This document shows, piece by piece, positions 27,366 through 37,302 of a DNA stretch of 64,000 nt (the first letter of the stretch is position 1; every line of letters begins with the position of its first letter). The notes beneath the pieces were generated by a model. The model worked only from the letters and a program-made list of their open reading frames with translations. It searched no databases and was not told the DNA's origin. Source of the DNA: Mageeibacillus sp. UBA1212 (GTDB lineage: Bacteria > Bacillota > Clostridia > UBA1212); contig DBXM01000016.1 of NCBI GenBank assembly GCA_002309655.1, positions 72,771-136,770 of the forward strand, written 5' to 3'. A program made the position numbers and the translations under genes.

Positions 27366-28121
27366 ATGATTATTCGGTTTTTGGGCACAGGCGCGGCGGA
27401 CTGGAAAGGCGTCCCCGAGTCGTTCCCCGGATACAGGTATTTTTCATCGGCCCTAATCGACGGAACGCTCCTCATCGACCCGGGTCCGGACGTTTTCGCC
27501 TCCGCAGAAAGGTACGGAATCGATCTCTCGGGAATCAAATTCATCATAAACACCCACAGCCACGGCGACCACTTTTCACGCGAAACGCTCGACCGGCTGA
27601 CAAGTGCGGGCGCAGTGTTTATTCCCCTAAAAGAAGGTGGATTTGCATCGCTCTGCAATCACAAAGTACTCGCTTTGAAAGGCAATCACGGCACCTGCCC
27701 CGACTGCGTTCATTTTCTGATCGGCAGCGGCGACAGGGTTCTCTACTACGCGCTCGACGGCGCCTGGCTTCTCTACGAGGAAGTCGAAGCCATCAAAAAC
27801 GCCCGCGCTCTCGTCGCTACCACCCCTGCTTCCGCGAACGCTCAAGGCAATAATCCGACGAGTTCCTCCGGACCGCGCAAACCGGTCGACATGATCGTTC
27901 TCGACGCGACCATCGGCGACGTTCCCGGAGATTACCGGATTTTCGAACACAACAATCTGAATATGGACCGCGAGATAAGGCAGACGCTTCTCCCATATAT
28001 CGACAGGTTCGTTATCAGCCACATGGCGCTAACGCTTCACAGGCCGCACAACGAGCTCTCCGAGGCAATGGCCGCGGAAGGCTTCACGACCGCATGCGAC
28101 GGAATGACTCTTGAAATATAA
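27366..28121 (+). CDS. MBL-fold metallo-hydrolase
   Basis: The HxHxDH motif (INTHSHGDHF), an N-terminal GTGAAD motif and downstream His/Asp ligands are present. An AGGAGG ribosome-binding site sits upstream. Confidence 0.75.
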   Translation: MIIRFLGTGAADWKGVPESFPGYRYFSSALIDGTLLIDPGPDVFASAERYGIDLSGIKFIINTHSHGDHFSRETLDRLTSAGAVFIPLKEGGFASLCNHKVLALKGNHGTCPDCVHFLIGSGDRVLYYALDGAWLLYEEVEAIKNARALVATTPASANAQGNNPTSSSGPRKPVDMIVLDATIGDVPGDYRIFEHNNLNMDREIRQTLLPYIDRFVISHMALTLHRPHNELSEAMAAEGFTTACDGMTLEI

Positions 28122-28148
28122 ACTACACCCCCCTGCAGGAGTATAAAA

Positions 28149-30173
28149 ATGACTAAACTCAGCCAGATCAAGCTTAAAATAGGCTGCGCGGATTTCGGCG
28201 GCCTAAACCCACTTCCCGACGTTCGCCCGACTTTCCCGGATCCCGAACGCGACTGGTCCGACCGGAACGTCTCTCTTCTTGACGAAGATGACGGTCTTTT
28301 TACCGACTACGGCGACCACCCCGGCGCCTTCCCGTACCGTCTTCAGGACCTCTACGACAGATCGACGCAGAAAAGATCCGTCGATGCCGTCGTTCTCGAG
28401 AACTCGCGTCTGAAAGCGGTTTTTATACCGTCTCTCGGAGGCAAGCTCTGGTCCCTTTTCGACAAGCGCGCCAAGCGTGAACTTCTTTACCGCAACAGCC
28501 TGATCCGCCCCTGCAACCTCGCCATCAGGAACGCCTGGACTGCCGGCGGCATCGAATGGAATTTCGGCTTCCGCGGCCACAGCCCGCAGACCTGTTCCAC
28601 CGTTCACACCGCCGTAACCGCGCTCTCCGACGGCACACCCGTTCTCCGCTTTTACTGGTTTGAACGTGTCCGCTGCTGCGTCGTCCAGATGGACATCTTC
28701 CTTCCTGAACGCTCCGAGCTGCTTTATGTCCGCACAAGAATCACCAACCCGAACGCGGAAGTCGTTCCCGTCTACTGGTGGTCTAACATCGCCGTTCCCC
28801 AGAACGAAGGCGACCGCGTTATAGTGCCGGCCGACGACGTCTACACCTCGAAAGGTCCCGACATCGCGAAATACCCGATCAGCGACTTCAGAGGTCTCGA
28901 CATGACCTACCCCTTGAACTGCATCATCGCCAAGGACTTTTTCTGGAAAACGCTGGAAAACAAGCCCCGCTACATCGCGCAGGTAGGAAAAGACGGCTAC
29001 GGTCTTCTGGAAACGTCCACTTCCCGCCTCTTGGGCCGCAAGCTGTTTGTCTGGGGCAACTCTAACGGCGGACGCAACTGGATGAACTATCTTACCGCCG
29101 ACAACGAGGACGGCAGCTACGACGAAATTCAGTGCGGTCTCGCCCACACCCAGTACGAATGCATCCCGATGCCTCCCCACACTGTCTGGGAATGGCTCGA
29201 ATCATACGGTTCAATCACCGCCGACCCGGAGAAAACTCATGGCAACTGGAACGACGCCCGCGCCGAAGTGGAACGCTGCCTTACCAGGAAGATTACACCG
29301 CAGAAGATCGAGGAACTTCTCGAAGCGACCCGTCCGATGGCAAAATCGCCAGCCGAAAAGGTCATCATCCGCGGCGACGGCTGGGGTGCCCTCGAACTTC
29401 TCCGCCTTGAAAAAGCCGGAGCCGCGCTTGGCCTTATGTGCCCGCACCTCGATTTCGGTCCCGCTTCTGACGAACAAAGCGCCTGGGTGTCGCTTCTCAC
29501 CGAAGGCACCGTCGGCGAACACGATCCACTCGAGGCCCCTGCCTCATATATGTACCAGATTTCCTGGACCGTAATGCTCGAAAAGGCAATCGACGGCAAA
29601 GACTCAAGCAACTGGTACGCGCACTACCTTCTTGGAACTATCCGCCTCTACGAAGGCCGCATTCAGGAAGCGCGCAGGCTTCTCGACTGGTCCAACATGC
29701 TCGCGCCTAATCCGTGGGCGACTTACTGCCTCGCAGTCCTCTCCGAGAAAACCGGCGACAGAGAAAAAGCCGCCGAATACGCTCTCAACGCATACCGCAG
29801 ACATTCCGGAGGTGGCTCTTCTTCTCTGGCTGCCGAGTGCATCCGGATGCTTCGCAGCGCGAAAAAGAATGAACAGCTCGTCTCGTTCTACCGCTCTCTG
29901 CCGGTATCTCTGAAACGAAGCAGCCGCCTCAAACTCTACTGCGCTTTTGCCGAACTCGATCTCGGCCACATTGAAGCCGCCGAAACGCTTCTCTTCGGCC
30001 CCGACGGAAATACTGTTCTTGTTGTTCCCGACATCCGCGAAGGCGAAGAATCCGTGACACGCCTCTGGTTCCTTATTCAGGAGAAAAAAGGCGTCCCCCG
30101 CGACAGCATCGCGGAGCCCCCACAGAATCTCGACTTCCGCGTCGCCGCCCGCTCCTCCGAGCTCACAGACTGA
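28149..30173 (+). CDS. Large cytoplasmic protein of unknown function (recalled as DUF5107-like; N-terminal beta-rich domain plus C-terminal TPR/alpha-solenoid-like region)
   Basis: It is 674 aa with no signal peptide. The N-terminal region is W/Y-rich (NAWTAGGIEWNFG, YWWSNIAVPQNEGDRVIVP). The C-terminal 250 aa is helical-repeat-like. The DUF5107 label is from memory only. Confidence 0.35.
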   Translation: MTKLSQIKLKIGCADFGGLNPLPDVRPTFPDPERDWSDRNVSLLDEDDGLFTDYGDHPGAFPYRLQDLYDRSTQKRSVDAVVLENSRLKAVFIPSLGGKLWSLFDKRAKRELLYRNSLIRPCNLAIRNAWTAGGIEWNFGFRGHSPQTCSTVHTAVTALSDGTPVLRFYWFERVRCCVVQMDIFLPERSELLYVRTRITNPNAEVVPVYWWSNIAVPQNEGDRVIVPADDVYTSKGPDIAKYPISDFRGLDMTYPLNCIIAKDFFWKTLENKPRYIAQVGKDGYGLLETSTSRLLGRKLFVWGNSNGGRNWMNYLTADNEDGSYDEIQCGLAHTQYECIPMPPHTVWEWLESYGSITADPEKTHGNWNDARAEVERCLTRKITPQKIEELLEATRPMAKSPAEKVIIRGDGWGALELLRLEKAGAALGLMCPHLDFGPASDEQSAWVSLLTEGTVGEHDPLEAPASYMYQISWTVMLEKAIDGKDSSNWYAHYLLGTIRLYEGRIQEARRLLDWSNMLAPNPWATYCLAVLSEKTGDREKAAEYALNAYRRHSGGGSSSLAAECIRMLRSAKKNEQLVSFYRSLPVSLKRSSRLKLYCAFAELDLGHIEAAETLLFGPDGNTVLVVPDIREGEESVTRLWFLIQEKKGVPRDSIAEPPQNLDFRVAARSSELTD

Positions 30174-30185
30174 CTGTCATTCACG

Positions 30186-30228
30186 CCGCCTTTTCCCTGA
30201 TTCCAGCGGAAAAGGCGGCTTTCTTTTT
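30186..30228 (+). terminator. Intrinsic terminator after the DUF5107-like gene
   Basis: GCCGCCTTTTCC...GGAAAAGGCGGC forms a stem followed by TTTCTTTTT. Confidence 0.65.
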
Positions 30229-30411
30229 AACATGGCCGCAACGCGTGCGACATATAATATCTACGAGAAAATCCGCAACAGACAGACAAAATCCGCCGCA
30301 CGAAAACGGACAACTCCCGGCACACATGAAATAGCCGGCGAAGTGTATTCCACTCTCGAATAAGCGGCGGATCAACGTCTCAGACGTATTGTTTATATAT
30401 TAAAATAATTG

Positions 30412-31857
30412 TCAGATTACAGGCTCCTCAACAGCCAGATTGGTTATCTTATAGAACCCGCCTTCTCTCAAAGCGCTTTCCTTTATTGCGAGCTTTACAG
30501 GCTTCTCGCCTTCAAAAACGCCGGCGCAGACTTCGTATTCGCCCTTGGGCAGATCTCTCAGATCAAGATCGACGGTAAACTCCTGTTTTTCTCCCGATTC
30601 AAGCCTCCTCAGGTCGCCCTCAACCGGAATGATCTTTTTAAACCCGTTTCCGCTCACGCACACCTTGATATCGAATTTCCAGTAAGGCCTCGCCCATCCG
30701 CGGTTCTCAAAGCAGAGCGTCAACGCGTTGTGTGCGGTCGCGTAAGCCTTCGAAGGCGCGACAGCGTAAGGTACGAACAGCCAGTACCCCAGTCTGTTCG
30801 CGCAGTATTCCGTCAGATACCTTTCGTTTTTCAGCCAGGAATCCGGATATCCGTGGAATCCCGCAAACGTGGCTTTCGAGTTCTTAAGCGCCTCAATAAT
30901 GGTGAATCCGTCTCTGTAGTAGCAGTCGTAATACGGCCTGACATACGTATAGTGCGCGAATTCGATTACGCTTGGCGCGTATTTCGCCAGCCTCTGAAAC
31001 GCCCACGGCGCACGCATCGTGTCATACCCCATGTCCGTTGCATAGCCGTCGCAGCATATGGAGTCGTCCTGCAGCCCCAGACCGTGGCTCTCGCAGAAGC
31101 GGAGCATATCCTCCACTTCTTCCTGCCCATGCACCATGCGCCCTATAATGTGGTCGTCGTTCGCGACAACGAACTTATCCGGGAAGTATTTGAGGTGCAG
31201 AAGGAAGTGCTTTTTGACTGTCTCAAGCGGGTATATAACTCCGTCGCCTTCGACCGTATGTCCCTCACCCCAGGTTCCGTAAGTGCCGACGTCGATGAGT
31301 TCGACTCTCGGGTCGGAGTTGTATTTTTTGCCGAGTTCGGCCATGAAAAGCTCAAGTCTTTCCAGAAAATACGGATCTCCGTAGTCAGGCTGTATCGAGC
31401 GGCCTTCCGGTCTGTAGCACACGGCGCCCTTTTCGAAAACGTACCTGGGAGTCGCGAATTCCATTGCCGGACTCGATTCGTATGCGCACGCCCTTAAAGA
31501 GAATGTGTATCCGCGTTTCGACCACCTGTCCATGATCTCGTCAAGAAACCCGAAATCATAAACGCCTTCCTCTTTTTCCACGTCCGCCCAGTCAAACCTG
31601 AGATAAAGGTGATTCATCGCCGGAAACGTGTCGATAAAGTCCTCCGATAGATTCCTGTCCCGGTACGCTCCCGCTCTGAAACCGTTGTCGATATAGTGCC
31701 AGAACCACCCCTTATGCGGGTTTTTAAGCACCGTCTTGTCGTCCTCAAGCGGCCTCAGATCGATAAACCCCGCCCTCTCGGGAACGACGTCGAACATTCC
31801 CCGCTCCGTCTGACTCTCCATCGGCCTTGTCTGTTTTCTCTCGTTAATAAAAGCCAT
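30412..31857 (-). CDS. Putative cytoplasmic glycoside hydrolase (GH42-related TIM barrel; recalled as DUF4874/DUF4832-like)
   Basis: It is 481 aa with no signal peptide. Motifs NPHKGWFWHY, TYGTWGEGH and YPDSW are present. Aromatic-rich barrel strands resemble GH42/GH35-clan enzymes. The family assignment is from memory and not certain. Confidence 0.35.
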   Translation of the reverse strand: MAFINERKQTRPMESQTERGMFDVVPERAGFIDLRPLEDDKTVLKNPHKGWFWHYIDNGFRAGAYRDRNLSEDFIDTFPAMNHLYLRFDWADVEKEEGVYDFGFLDEIMDRWSKRGYTFSLRACAYESSPAMEFATPRYVFEKGAVCYRPEGRSIQPDYGDPYFLERLELFMAELGKKYNSDPRVELIDVGTYGTWGEGHTVEGDGVIYPLETVKKHFLLHLKYFPDKFVVANDDHIIGRMVHGQEEVEDMLRFCESHGLGLQDDSICCDGYATDMGYDTMRAPWAFQRLAKYAPSVIEFAHYTYVRPYYDCYYRDGFTIIEALKNSKATFAGFHGYPDSWLKNERYLTEYCANRLGYWLFVPYAVAPSKAYATAHNALTLCFENRGWARPYWKFDIKVCVSGNGFKKIIPVEGDLRRLESGEKQEFTVDLDLRDLPKGEYEVCAGVFEGEKPVKLAIKESALREGGFYKITNLAVEEPVI

Positions 31858-31902
31858 AATATCCTCCGAAAACCGTAGTCTAAGCCTGCATTTTCCCTAT
31901 AT

Positions 31903-33645
31903 TTATTCTCTGCTGTCCTTCACAACGACCTTCACTTCAAAACTTCTCTCTCCGCACACCGTCACCTTGACGGTAACCTCACCCGGCGCAACGGGAATAA
32001 CCACTCCTCTGTCGCTCACTTTCGCTATTTTTGTATCGGACGACTCGAACGTCACGGGGAACTTTTTGACGCTGATAAGCTCGTTCTCGTTGAAAATCTC
32101 TCCCCACGTCTTGTCCGAAAACGTGATCAATCCGCGGATCTGCGGCCTGTGGTTATTCGCGAGATCGACTTCGTACAGTTCTTTTACCGGCCTGAAATCC
32201 ACTACCGTTTTATTGTAGTCGTCCATCGGCTCGTCCTGATAGTCCAGAACATACACGTAGAAGAACGACTCAAAGCCCTTGTATTTGACCTTAACGACCG
32301 TGAACCCCGGCTTCCCGAGAAGCTGCATCTCGTTCTTCGAAAACGCCAGCATCGTTTTGTCGTACCCGTAAAACTTAATGTTCTTGGTGTCCTCGATTGC
32401 ATGCCCTCCGAGCGCAGAGTCAAACCAGATTATCGAGACGTCAGAGTACTGAGTTGACAGGTATCTCTCGACAATGCGGGTCGTCGCGGAAATCGCAATC
32501 GGTTTGCTTGTATCGATTTCCCTGAAATAGTCGTCTTTAATAACGCTCCGGTCGCTGTCCGGCGAGAATACAGGCGCACCTTCATAAGTTTCGATGTCGA
32601 TTTCCTGAACCGCGGTCGCCCACTTGCCCCAGTTTCCCGACGCACCGTCGCTGAAAGCGTATCCCACAAAAAGCTTGTCTTTAAACTGAATATGCCCGTC
32701 CGGCCTTTTGGCGATTCCCATATTATGGCAATACGCGTAAAGGTCCTTTCTTACAAAATCAGTCTGGTAGAAGCTAATTCCGTCTTCGGATTCGTAAACC
32801 GCGATGCCGCTCTCCGCCGAGAATCTCTTCTGCGTCATAAACGCCATGAACTTTCCGGTGTCTTCGGAATAGACCATGTCCGACGAGTCCTGGGAATCGT
32901 GTTTCGTCACCGCAACGCCCCTGTACTGAAGCCTCGCGGGCCAGTCCTCGGCGGTGTCGCTGGTCGAAACCCTTGTATAGTTTCCCTCCGGGCACGCCCA
33001 GGTATAATACATGTAAAGCGTGTCGCCGACAACCACAAAGCTCGGCTCGCCCGCTCCGTACTGCAGGTCGTGCTCGTCATAGTAAATGATCGGTGCGGGG
33101 TCTCCTCCCCATCCCTCGCCGTTCCATTTTTCGTAGGGGCCGAACGCGTTCTTAGACCTCGCGACGAAGACGTTATTGTTAACTCCCCCGCGAAGCCCTT
33201 CTATCGTCGAGGTGTATCCGAGGTAGTAGTACCCGCCGAAATAAACGACTCCGGGATCGCAACAAGAATACTTGTCCATTGAATTCGGGTTCGGCACAAG
33301 AACGACCCGCTCGTCCCCGAAATCAAATCCGTTGTCGGAATGCCTGACCGATATCCAGTCCCACTCTCCGAGCGACCCGTTTGTCGAGAACCATGCGTCG
33401 CAAGAACCGTCAGCGTAGTAAATGATCGAAGGTCCGTATCTGTAGCCTCCCGATCCGACCGGCGGCGTATATATTATTTCCGGTTCACCGGCGGCAGTCA
33501 CTTTAAGATGCACGTCAGGATCCGCTTCGATAGCAGGAAGTTCATCGTCGAACAGCGGTATCACGTTTCCGCGCACGCATCCAGACGCCGCAAAGACCGC
33601 GCCCGCCGCAAGCAATAATATCAAAACCGGAATTATTTTTTTCAT
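31903..33645 (-). CDS. Lipoprotein: GH43-like five-bladed beta-propeller glycosidase with C-terminal Big_2 (bacterial Ig-like) domain
   Basis: The lipobox signal is MKKIIPVLILLLAAGAVFAASGC. Propeller-blade motifs DPGVVYFGGYYYLGYT and EPSFVVVGDTLYMYYTW are present. The C-terminal VTFESSDTKIAKVSDRGVVIPVAPGEVTVKV matches Big_2. Confidence 0.45.
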   Translation of the reverse strand: MKKIIPVLILLLAAGAVFAASGCVRGNVIPLFDDELPAIEADPDVHLKVTAAGEPEIIYTPPVGSGGYRYGPSIIYYADGSCDAWFSTNGSLGEWDWISVRHSDNGFDFGDERVVLVPNPNSMDKYSCCDPGVVYFGGYYYLGYTSTIEGLRGGVNNNVFVARSKNAFGPYEKWNGEGWGGDPAPIIYYDEHDLQYGAGEPSFVVVGDTLYMYYTWACPEGNYTRVSTSDTAEDWPARLQYRGVAVTKHDSQDSSDMVYSEDTGKFMAFMTQKRFSAESGIAVYESEDGISFYQTDFVRKDLYAYCHNMGIAKRPDGHIQFKDKLFVGYAFSDGASGNWGKWATAVQEIDIETYEGAPVFSPDSDRSVIKDDYFREIDTSKPIAISATTRIVERYLSTQYSDVSIIWFDSALGGHAIEDTKNIKFYGYDKTMLAFSKNEMQLLGKPGFTVVKVKYKGFESFFYVYVLDYQDEPMDDYNKTVVDFRPVKELYEVDLANNHRPQIRGLITFSDKTWGEIFNENELISVKKFPVTFESSDTKIAKVSDRGVVIPVAPGEVTVKVTVCGERSFEVKVVVKDSRE

Positions 33646-33786
33646 AACGCCTCTCAGCCAGCCGTATTTTTCACCGCTAATTATACTCTAAGAAGCCGTC
33701 GAAAACAAGAGCGCGCGTACCTCTCACACCCCCAATCTTTCAAATAAAATGCACCGCCCGAACCAGCATTAATACCAATCCTTTCT

Positions 33787-34800
33787 TTACCCGCTCTCAT
33801 ACTGGTAGGAATGCTGGTAGAACGACACTTCAACAGTAATTCCGCACCTTACCATACACTCGTTCGATATTCTAAGCAGTTTTTCCGCATTCTCAAGCCC
33901 GCTCAGATTGTCCGGCAGAATCAGAATCATCTTTTTTGATTTGATTTCCTTCTTTGTAACCGTCACGCCGTCGCACTCGCCCTCCTCAAAAGCCGCCAGC
34001 TTTTCGGCCATGTTCAGCACTTTTCTCAAAAGCTCTCTCTCCGAAGCGTACGAAGGCGCAGTTGCGTCGACAGAGTAAAGCATCGTGGCAACCCCGGTTT
34101 TCCTGTCGATAATGTCAATCACGGGAAAGAACGATGGGAGATTGGAACTGTATATTTCTTCAAGAACCCGCCCGCGTTTCAGCGAAGGCAGCTCCCACAC
34201 ATTTATCTCGTCAACCGTATACCTTGAGCATCCTCCGTAAAGCCACCCGTTCCCTTTCAGGCAGAAAAACGCCCTTACCCCCGCGCCTTCTCCGAATATT
34301 ACAGGGAAAACGTAATCGCTTCTCGTATACACCTTGACCGTGAATTCATTTCCGTTTTCGTAGAACTCGCTTCCCGCCAGCGATACGATCTCCGCCTTGA
34401 ACGGAAGGCCCGATTTCACTCTTTCTTTTTCGAGCTCTTCGGCAAGAACCCCCTGCATCACCGCAGTCCATGCGCCAGATTCGATCTTCGAAAACGCCAC
34501 CGACGCCAGCTCATTCGCGATCTTCCCCGACATTCCGTCCTCGGGAAGGCAGTCCATCGCCTTTCTCCTTACGTTTTCTTTCAGCGACTCAAGTCCACTC
34601 TTATAGAAGATGCACGAATCGCAAGCAAGCTTCTCGGAGGCAGTCAGCACCGCGTTCGCCGTCATATAATAGAGGCAGAAATACTGTATCATCCCGATAA
34701 GAAAGAATACCGTAAAGGAGAAAAATACCGAAGTTATCGCCCCCTCGATGCTTATAGAACCGCCGGAACTGCGCACGCCCTCTTCTTTAATATGACGCAT
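33787..34800 (-). CDS. TadE/TadG-like pseudopilin-family protein with class-III (prepilin-like) N-terminus and large C-terminal domain
   Basis: The ATG at 34800 has a GGAAGGTGAG ribosome-binding site. The N-terminus MRHIKEEGVRSSGG-SISIEGAITSVFFSFTVFFLIGMI matches the TadE signature G-S-x-x-x-E-x-A followed by a hydrophobic helix, with Glu at +5 after Gly. It is 337 aa. The start overlaps the upstream gene's stop by 14 nt. Confidence 0.5.
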   Translation of the reverse strand: MRHIKEEGVRSSGGSISIEGAITSVFFSFTVFFLIGMIQYFCLYYMTANAVLTASEKLACDSCIFYKSGLESLKENVRRKAMDCLPEDGMSGKIANELASVAFSKIESGAWTAVMQGVLAEELEKERVKSGLPFKAEIVSLAGSEFYENGNEFTVKVYTRSDYVFPVIFGEGAGVRAFFCLKGNGWLYGGCSRYTVDEINVWELPSLKRGRVLEEIYSSNLPSFFPVIDIIDRKTGVATMLYSVDATAPSYASERELLRKVLNMAEKLAAFEEGECDGVTVTKKEIKSKKMILILPDNLSGLENAEKLLRISNECMVRCGITVEVSFYQHSYQYESG

Positions 34801-36868
34801 CCGCACTCACCTTCCAATCGTACCTTCTTCTGAACAGTCTGTCCGTCATCAAAAACGTTTTGACCTTCATAGTGCATTCGGCGGAAACGCTCGCGGCAAA
34901 ATCTTCGATTTCCTTGTACATGCCGTTGTCCTTCCAGTAATTGAGTTCAATTATGTCCTGGATGCGCCCGAGTTTTGTCTCCAAGGGAACCGTCAGCAGC
35001 AGGATCCTCAGATATTCACTGTATGACATTGCAGAGAGGTTTGTGCTTTCACCCCTTCCGGAACCGGTTGAATCACCGCTCCCTGAGTTCCCGCCGTTTT
35101 CGCCGATAGCGCTTCCGGCCTCACCGAGAACACCCTCTATCGACACCTTCCAGTCCTTCTCTCTTTTAATCAGAGGAACCTTTTTGCCTCCGTGCAGATC
35201 CGCGATGTCCATTCCTGTCTCCAGAAAAGCCCATGACAGCACTATCGCTGCGGTTACCGGAGCCTCCCCGCATGAAATCTCTTCGACTGCTTCCGATTTT
35301 TCCTCGCTCGACATAATGTGAAGCACGTTCAATCCAAGCCTCAGCGAAAACAGTTCCGCGTATGCCGCGAGCATATTCTCGTCATCCGTTCTGCCACCGA
35401 AAAGCACATACTCTATCTCGCCGTTTAAAAGGTGCGCATTCGAGTCCTTGACCTCCGAGGTATTCTTCATGTAGGTCGCAATATAGTCGTCGATATAGTA
35501 CCACTCCATGCAGCCTGTGAGCGCGTCCTCCAGCCTTTTCGCAAAGCCCGCGTACCCTTCCAGCGAAGTCGAGAATTTCAGTTTCTCGGCCACCCATGTA
35601 ATGCTGCGCCAGATCTTTTCAAAAGACCAGTCTTCACCTTCTTTCGAAGGCAGCTCTTCATAAATGTCGGGATCGATCTCGGAGTTAGCCGCGGGAAGAA
35701 AATGAAGGAAATCCGACGCCGCGTCGACCGCAGTTTGATAAAGGCTCTCCTGAGAAGATGACGCAGCGGTCTGTTCGTAGTTGTTCTGCTCCACTTTGAG
35801 ATAGTTTCTGTATGCGTTTCCCGCGGCATCTATAACCGCGTATATTTCCCCCAGAACCACCGGATTACCGGCCGCGATCGTCTGCTCAAGCTCGTATTCC
35901 GCCGCCGTGGCCTTCTGAAGACTGTAGTAATTCTTCCCGAGCTTATCCGCGACGATAGAATAGTCACCGTTTTCGCCGAGTTTTTTTCGCCTTTCCTTTA
36001 TCTTTTTGATGATTTCATCCGCGGACTCCTCTCCGTCATCCGAGGTCCTCGCCTCGCTCTCCGCTTTGCTCAGAAGCTTCCCCGCCTCCCTCGTTAGTTC
36101 GATAATATCCTCCGTAATGTCAAGCGCCTGTCTGTTGTTCTCCGAAAAAATCACCGCCCCCATCAGAAAAGTCTTGACCGCGTTCTTCAGCAATTCCGCA
36201 GCCCTTTCGTCATAGATCTCCAGTTCGGCAGGAACCGCCTGCGTCACCTTTTTTATCTCGGCATCCAGATTTTTCGCAAATATCGTGTCGAAAAAGCCGT
36301 TGACGCCGCCGGCGACCGCACCGTAAACGCCGTTAAGCGCAAGCTCAAGGTCCTTCCTCTTTCCTTCAATCTCCTCGATTATGTTGTCCGCCCGGTTTAT
36401 ATAGGTATAAGCGCTGACTTTCCGCCCCGCTCCGACCATTGCCTGCACCTTCTCCACAATCGAAACCGCCGCGTTCCCCCATGATTTGTATTTCATAAGG
36501 TCCCTGATCTCTTCACGAAGCACGTCCTTGTCGGCAAGCGAATCCCCGTAGCTGATTTCAAATCCGGTCACCTCCCTTTCGGGAATGAAAAACATATCGT
36601 AATCGCCGCGCGCGAAAAGTCCCGTCATTCCCTGATTTCTGCTCTCCCGTGTTATCTCGTAGAACCGGTTCGAAAGCTCGTCTTCTTTGGTGATATCGAC
36701 GAAGTACAGACCGTAATTCGCTTCGAGCCGCCTGTCGAACTGGGCAAGCACCGACGCGCACGCAAAATCCGCGACTCTCTCTGAAATCCTTCTCTGAAAC
36801 GCGACGGCGAGAATGTCCTGAAACGCGAAATTCAGCAGAATCACAGAAGCGGTTATTATGCACATCAT
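34787..36868 (-). CDS. Large membrane-anchored protein of unknown function, middle gene of the pseudopilin-like operon. The start is ambiguous: ATG at 36868, or TTG at 36931.
   Basis: It is 694-714 aa with an N-terminal hydrophobic helix (MMCIITASVILLNFAF). The body is a long alpha-helical, E/K-rich domain with a Gly/Ser-rich linker (GENGGNSGSGDSTGSGRGES). No catalytic motif was recognised. It sits between two TadE-like genes and is translationally coupled to both. Confidence 0.4.
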   Translation of the reverse strand: MMCIITASVILLNFAFQDILAVAFQRRISERVADFACASVLAQFDRRLEANYGLYFVDITKEDELSNRFYEITRESRNQGMTGLFARGDYDMFFIPEREVTGFEISYGDSLADKDVLREEIRDLMKYKSWGNAAVSIVEKVQAMVGAGRKVSAYTYINRADNIIEEIEGKRKDLELALNGVYGAVAGGVNGFFDTIFAKNLDAEIKKVTQAVPAELEIYDERAAELLKNAVKTFLMGAVIFSENNRQALDITEDIIELTREAGKLLSKAESEARTSDDGEESADEIIKKIKERRKKLGENGDYSIVADKLGKNYYSLQKATAAEYELEQTIAAGNPVVLGEIYAVIDAAGNAYRNYLKVEQNNYEQTAASSSQESLYQTAVDAASDFLHFLPAANSEIDPDIYEELPSKEGEDWSFEKIWRSITWVAEKLKFSTSLEGYAGFAKRLEDALTGCMEWYYIDDYIATYMKNTSEVKDSNAHLLNGEIEYVLFGGRTDDENMLAAYAELFSLRLGLNVLHIMSSEEKSEAVEEISCGEAPVTAAIVLSWAFLETGMDIADLHGGKKVPLIKREKDWKVSIEGVLGEAGSAIGENGGNSGSGDSTGSGRGESTNLSAMSYSEYLRILLLTVPLETKLGRIQDIIELNYWKDNGMYKEIEDFAASVSAECTMKVKTFLMTDRLFRRRYDWKVSADASY

Positions 36869-36884
36869 CGGCGTCACCGATCCG

Positions 36885-37148
36885 CTATTCCTCCCCGAAA
36901 AGCATTTCAAAAATATCACCCCCTGCGTCAAAAACCGAGCTTACGGCTCTGTGAACGTCCGCGTATTCCGGATTACTCTCTACTTCCTTTTCTGAATACC
37001 TGACCGCGCCGGCAAAAACGTTAACGTAGGCGCCGATCAATATCGCAACAAAAATCAGTACCAGCGGAACAACTACGGCCGCCTCCGTAGTCAGACTCCC
37101 TTTGTCGCCCTTAAAGAACCTTTTCCCCTGGATTTTACCGTTTCGCAT
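36885..37148 (-). CDS. TadE-like (Flp-pilus assembly TadE/TadG N-terminal domain) small pseudopilin
   Basis: The ATG at 37148 has a GGGGGGTGGTGAGG ribosome-binding site. The 87-aa sequence MRNGKIQGKRFFKGDKG-SLTTEAAVVVPLVLIFVAILIGAYV matches the TadE N-terminal signature RGSAAVEFALVLP. The track ORF's 5' extension to 37265 lacks a ribosome-binding site and overlaps the repeat array. Confidence 0.6.
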   Translation of the reverse strand: MRNGKIQGKRFFKGDKGSLTTEAAVVVPLVLIFVAILIGAYVNVFAGAVRYSEKEVESNPEYADVHRAVSSVFDAGGDIFEMLFGEE

Positions 37149-37215
37149 CCTCACCACCCCCCTTTGGTGCAATACGATTATACCCGATCCTTTGCGCGAA
37201 TGAAAGTCTGCACTG

Positions 37216-37302
37216 TTCGTCACATTTCGACAGAATTCGTCGTATTTCGACTTATTTCGTCGCAATACGTCACTTTTCGTCAGTTTTCGACAAATTTCGA
37301 CG
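37216..37302 (+). repeat. Nine tandem heptamers in exact 10-bp register, each 0-2 mismatches from TTCGACA (reverse complement of the Spo0A 0A box TGTCGAA); candidate response-regulator binding array
   Basis: The heptamers start at 37216, 37226, 37236, 37246, 37256, 37266, 37276, 37286 and 37296. In order they read TTCGTCA, TTCGACA, TTCGTCG, TTCGACT, TTCGTCG, TACGTCA, TTCGTCA, TTCGACA, TTCGACG. Two copies match the 0A box exactly and most have one mismatch. The array lies 68-154 bp upstream of the TadE-like start at 37148. Confidence 0.6.

Noticed and set aside
37216-37302. Possible CRISPR array or minisatellite
   Set aside because: The repeat unit is only 10 bp, with no spacers of 25-40 bp and no cas genes. 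The heptamer matches a response-regulator box, so I treated it as a regulatory site array.
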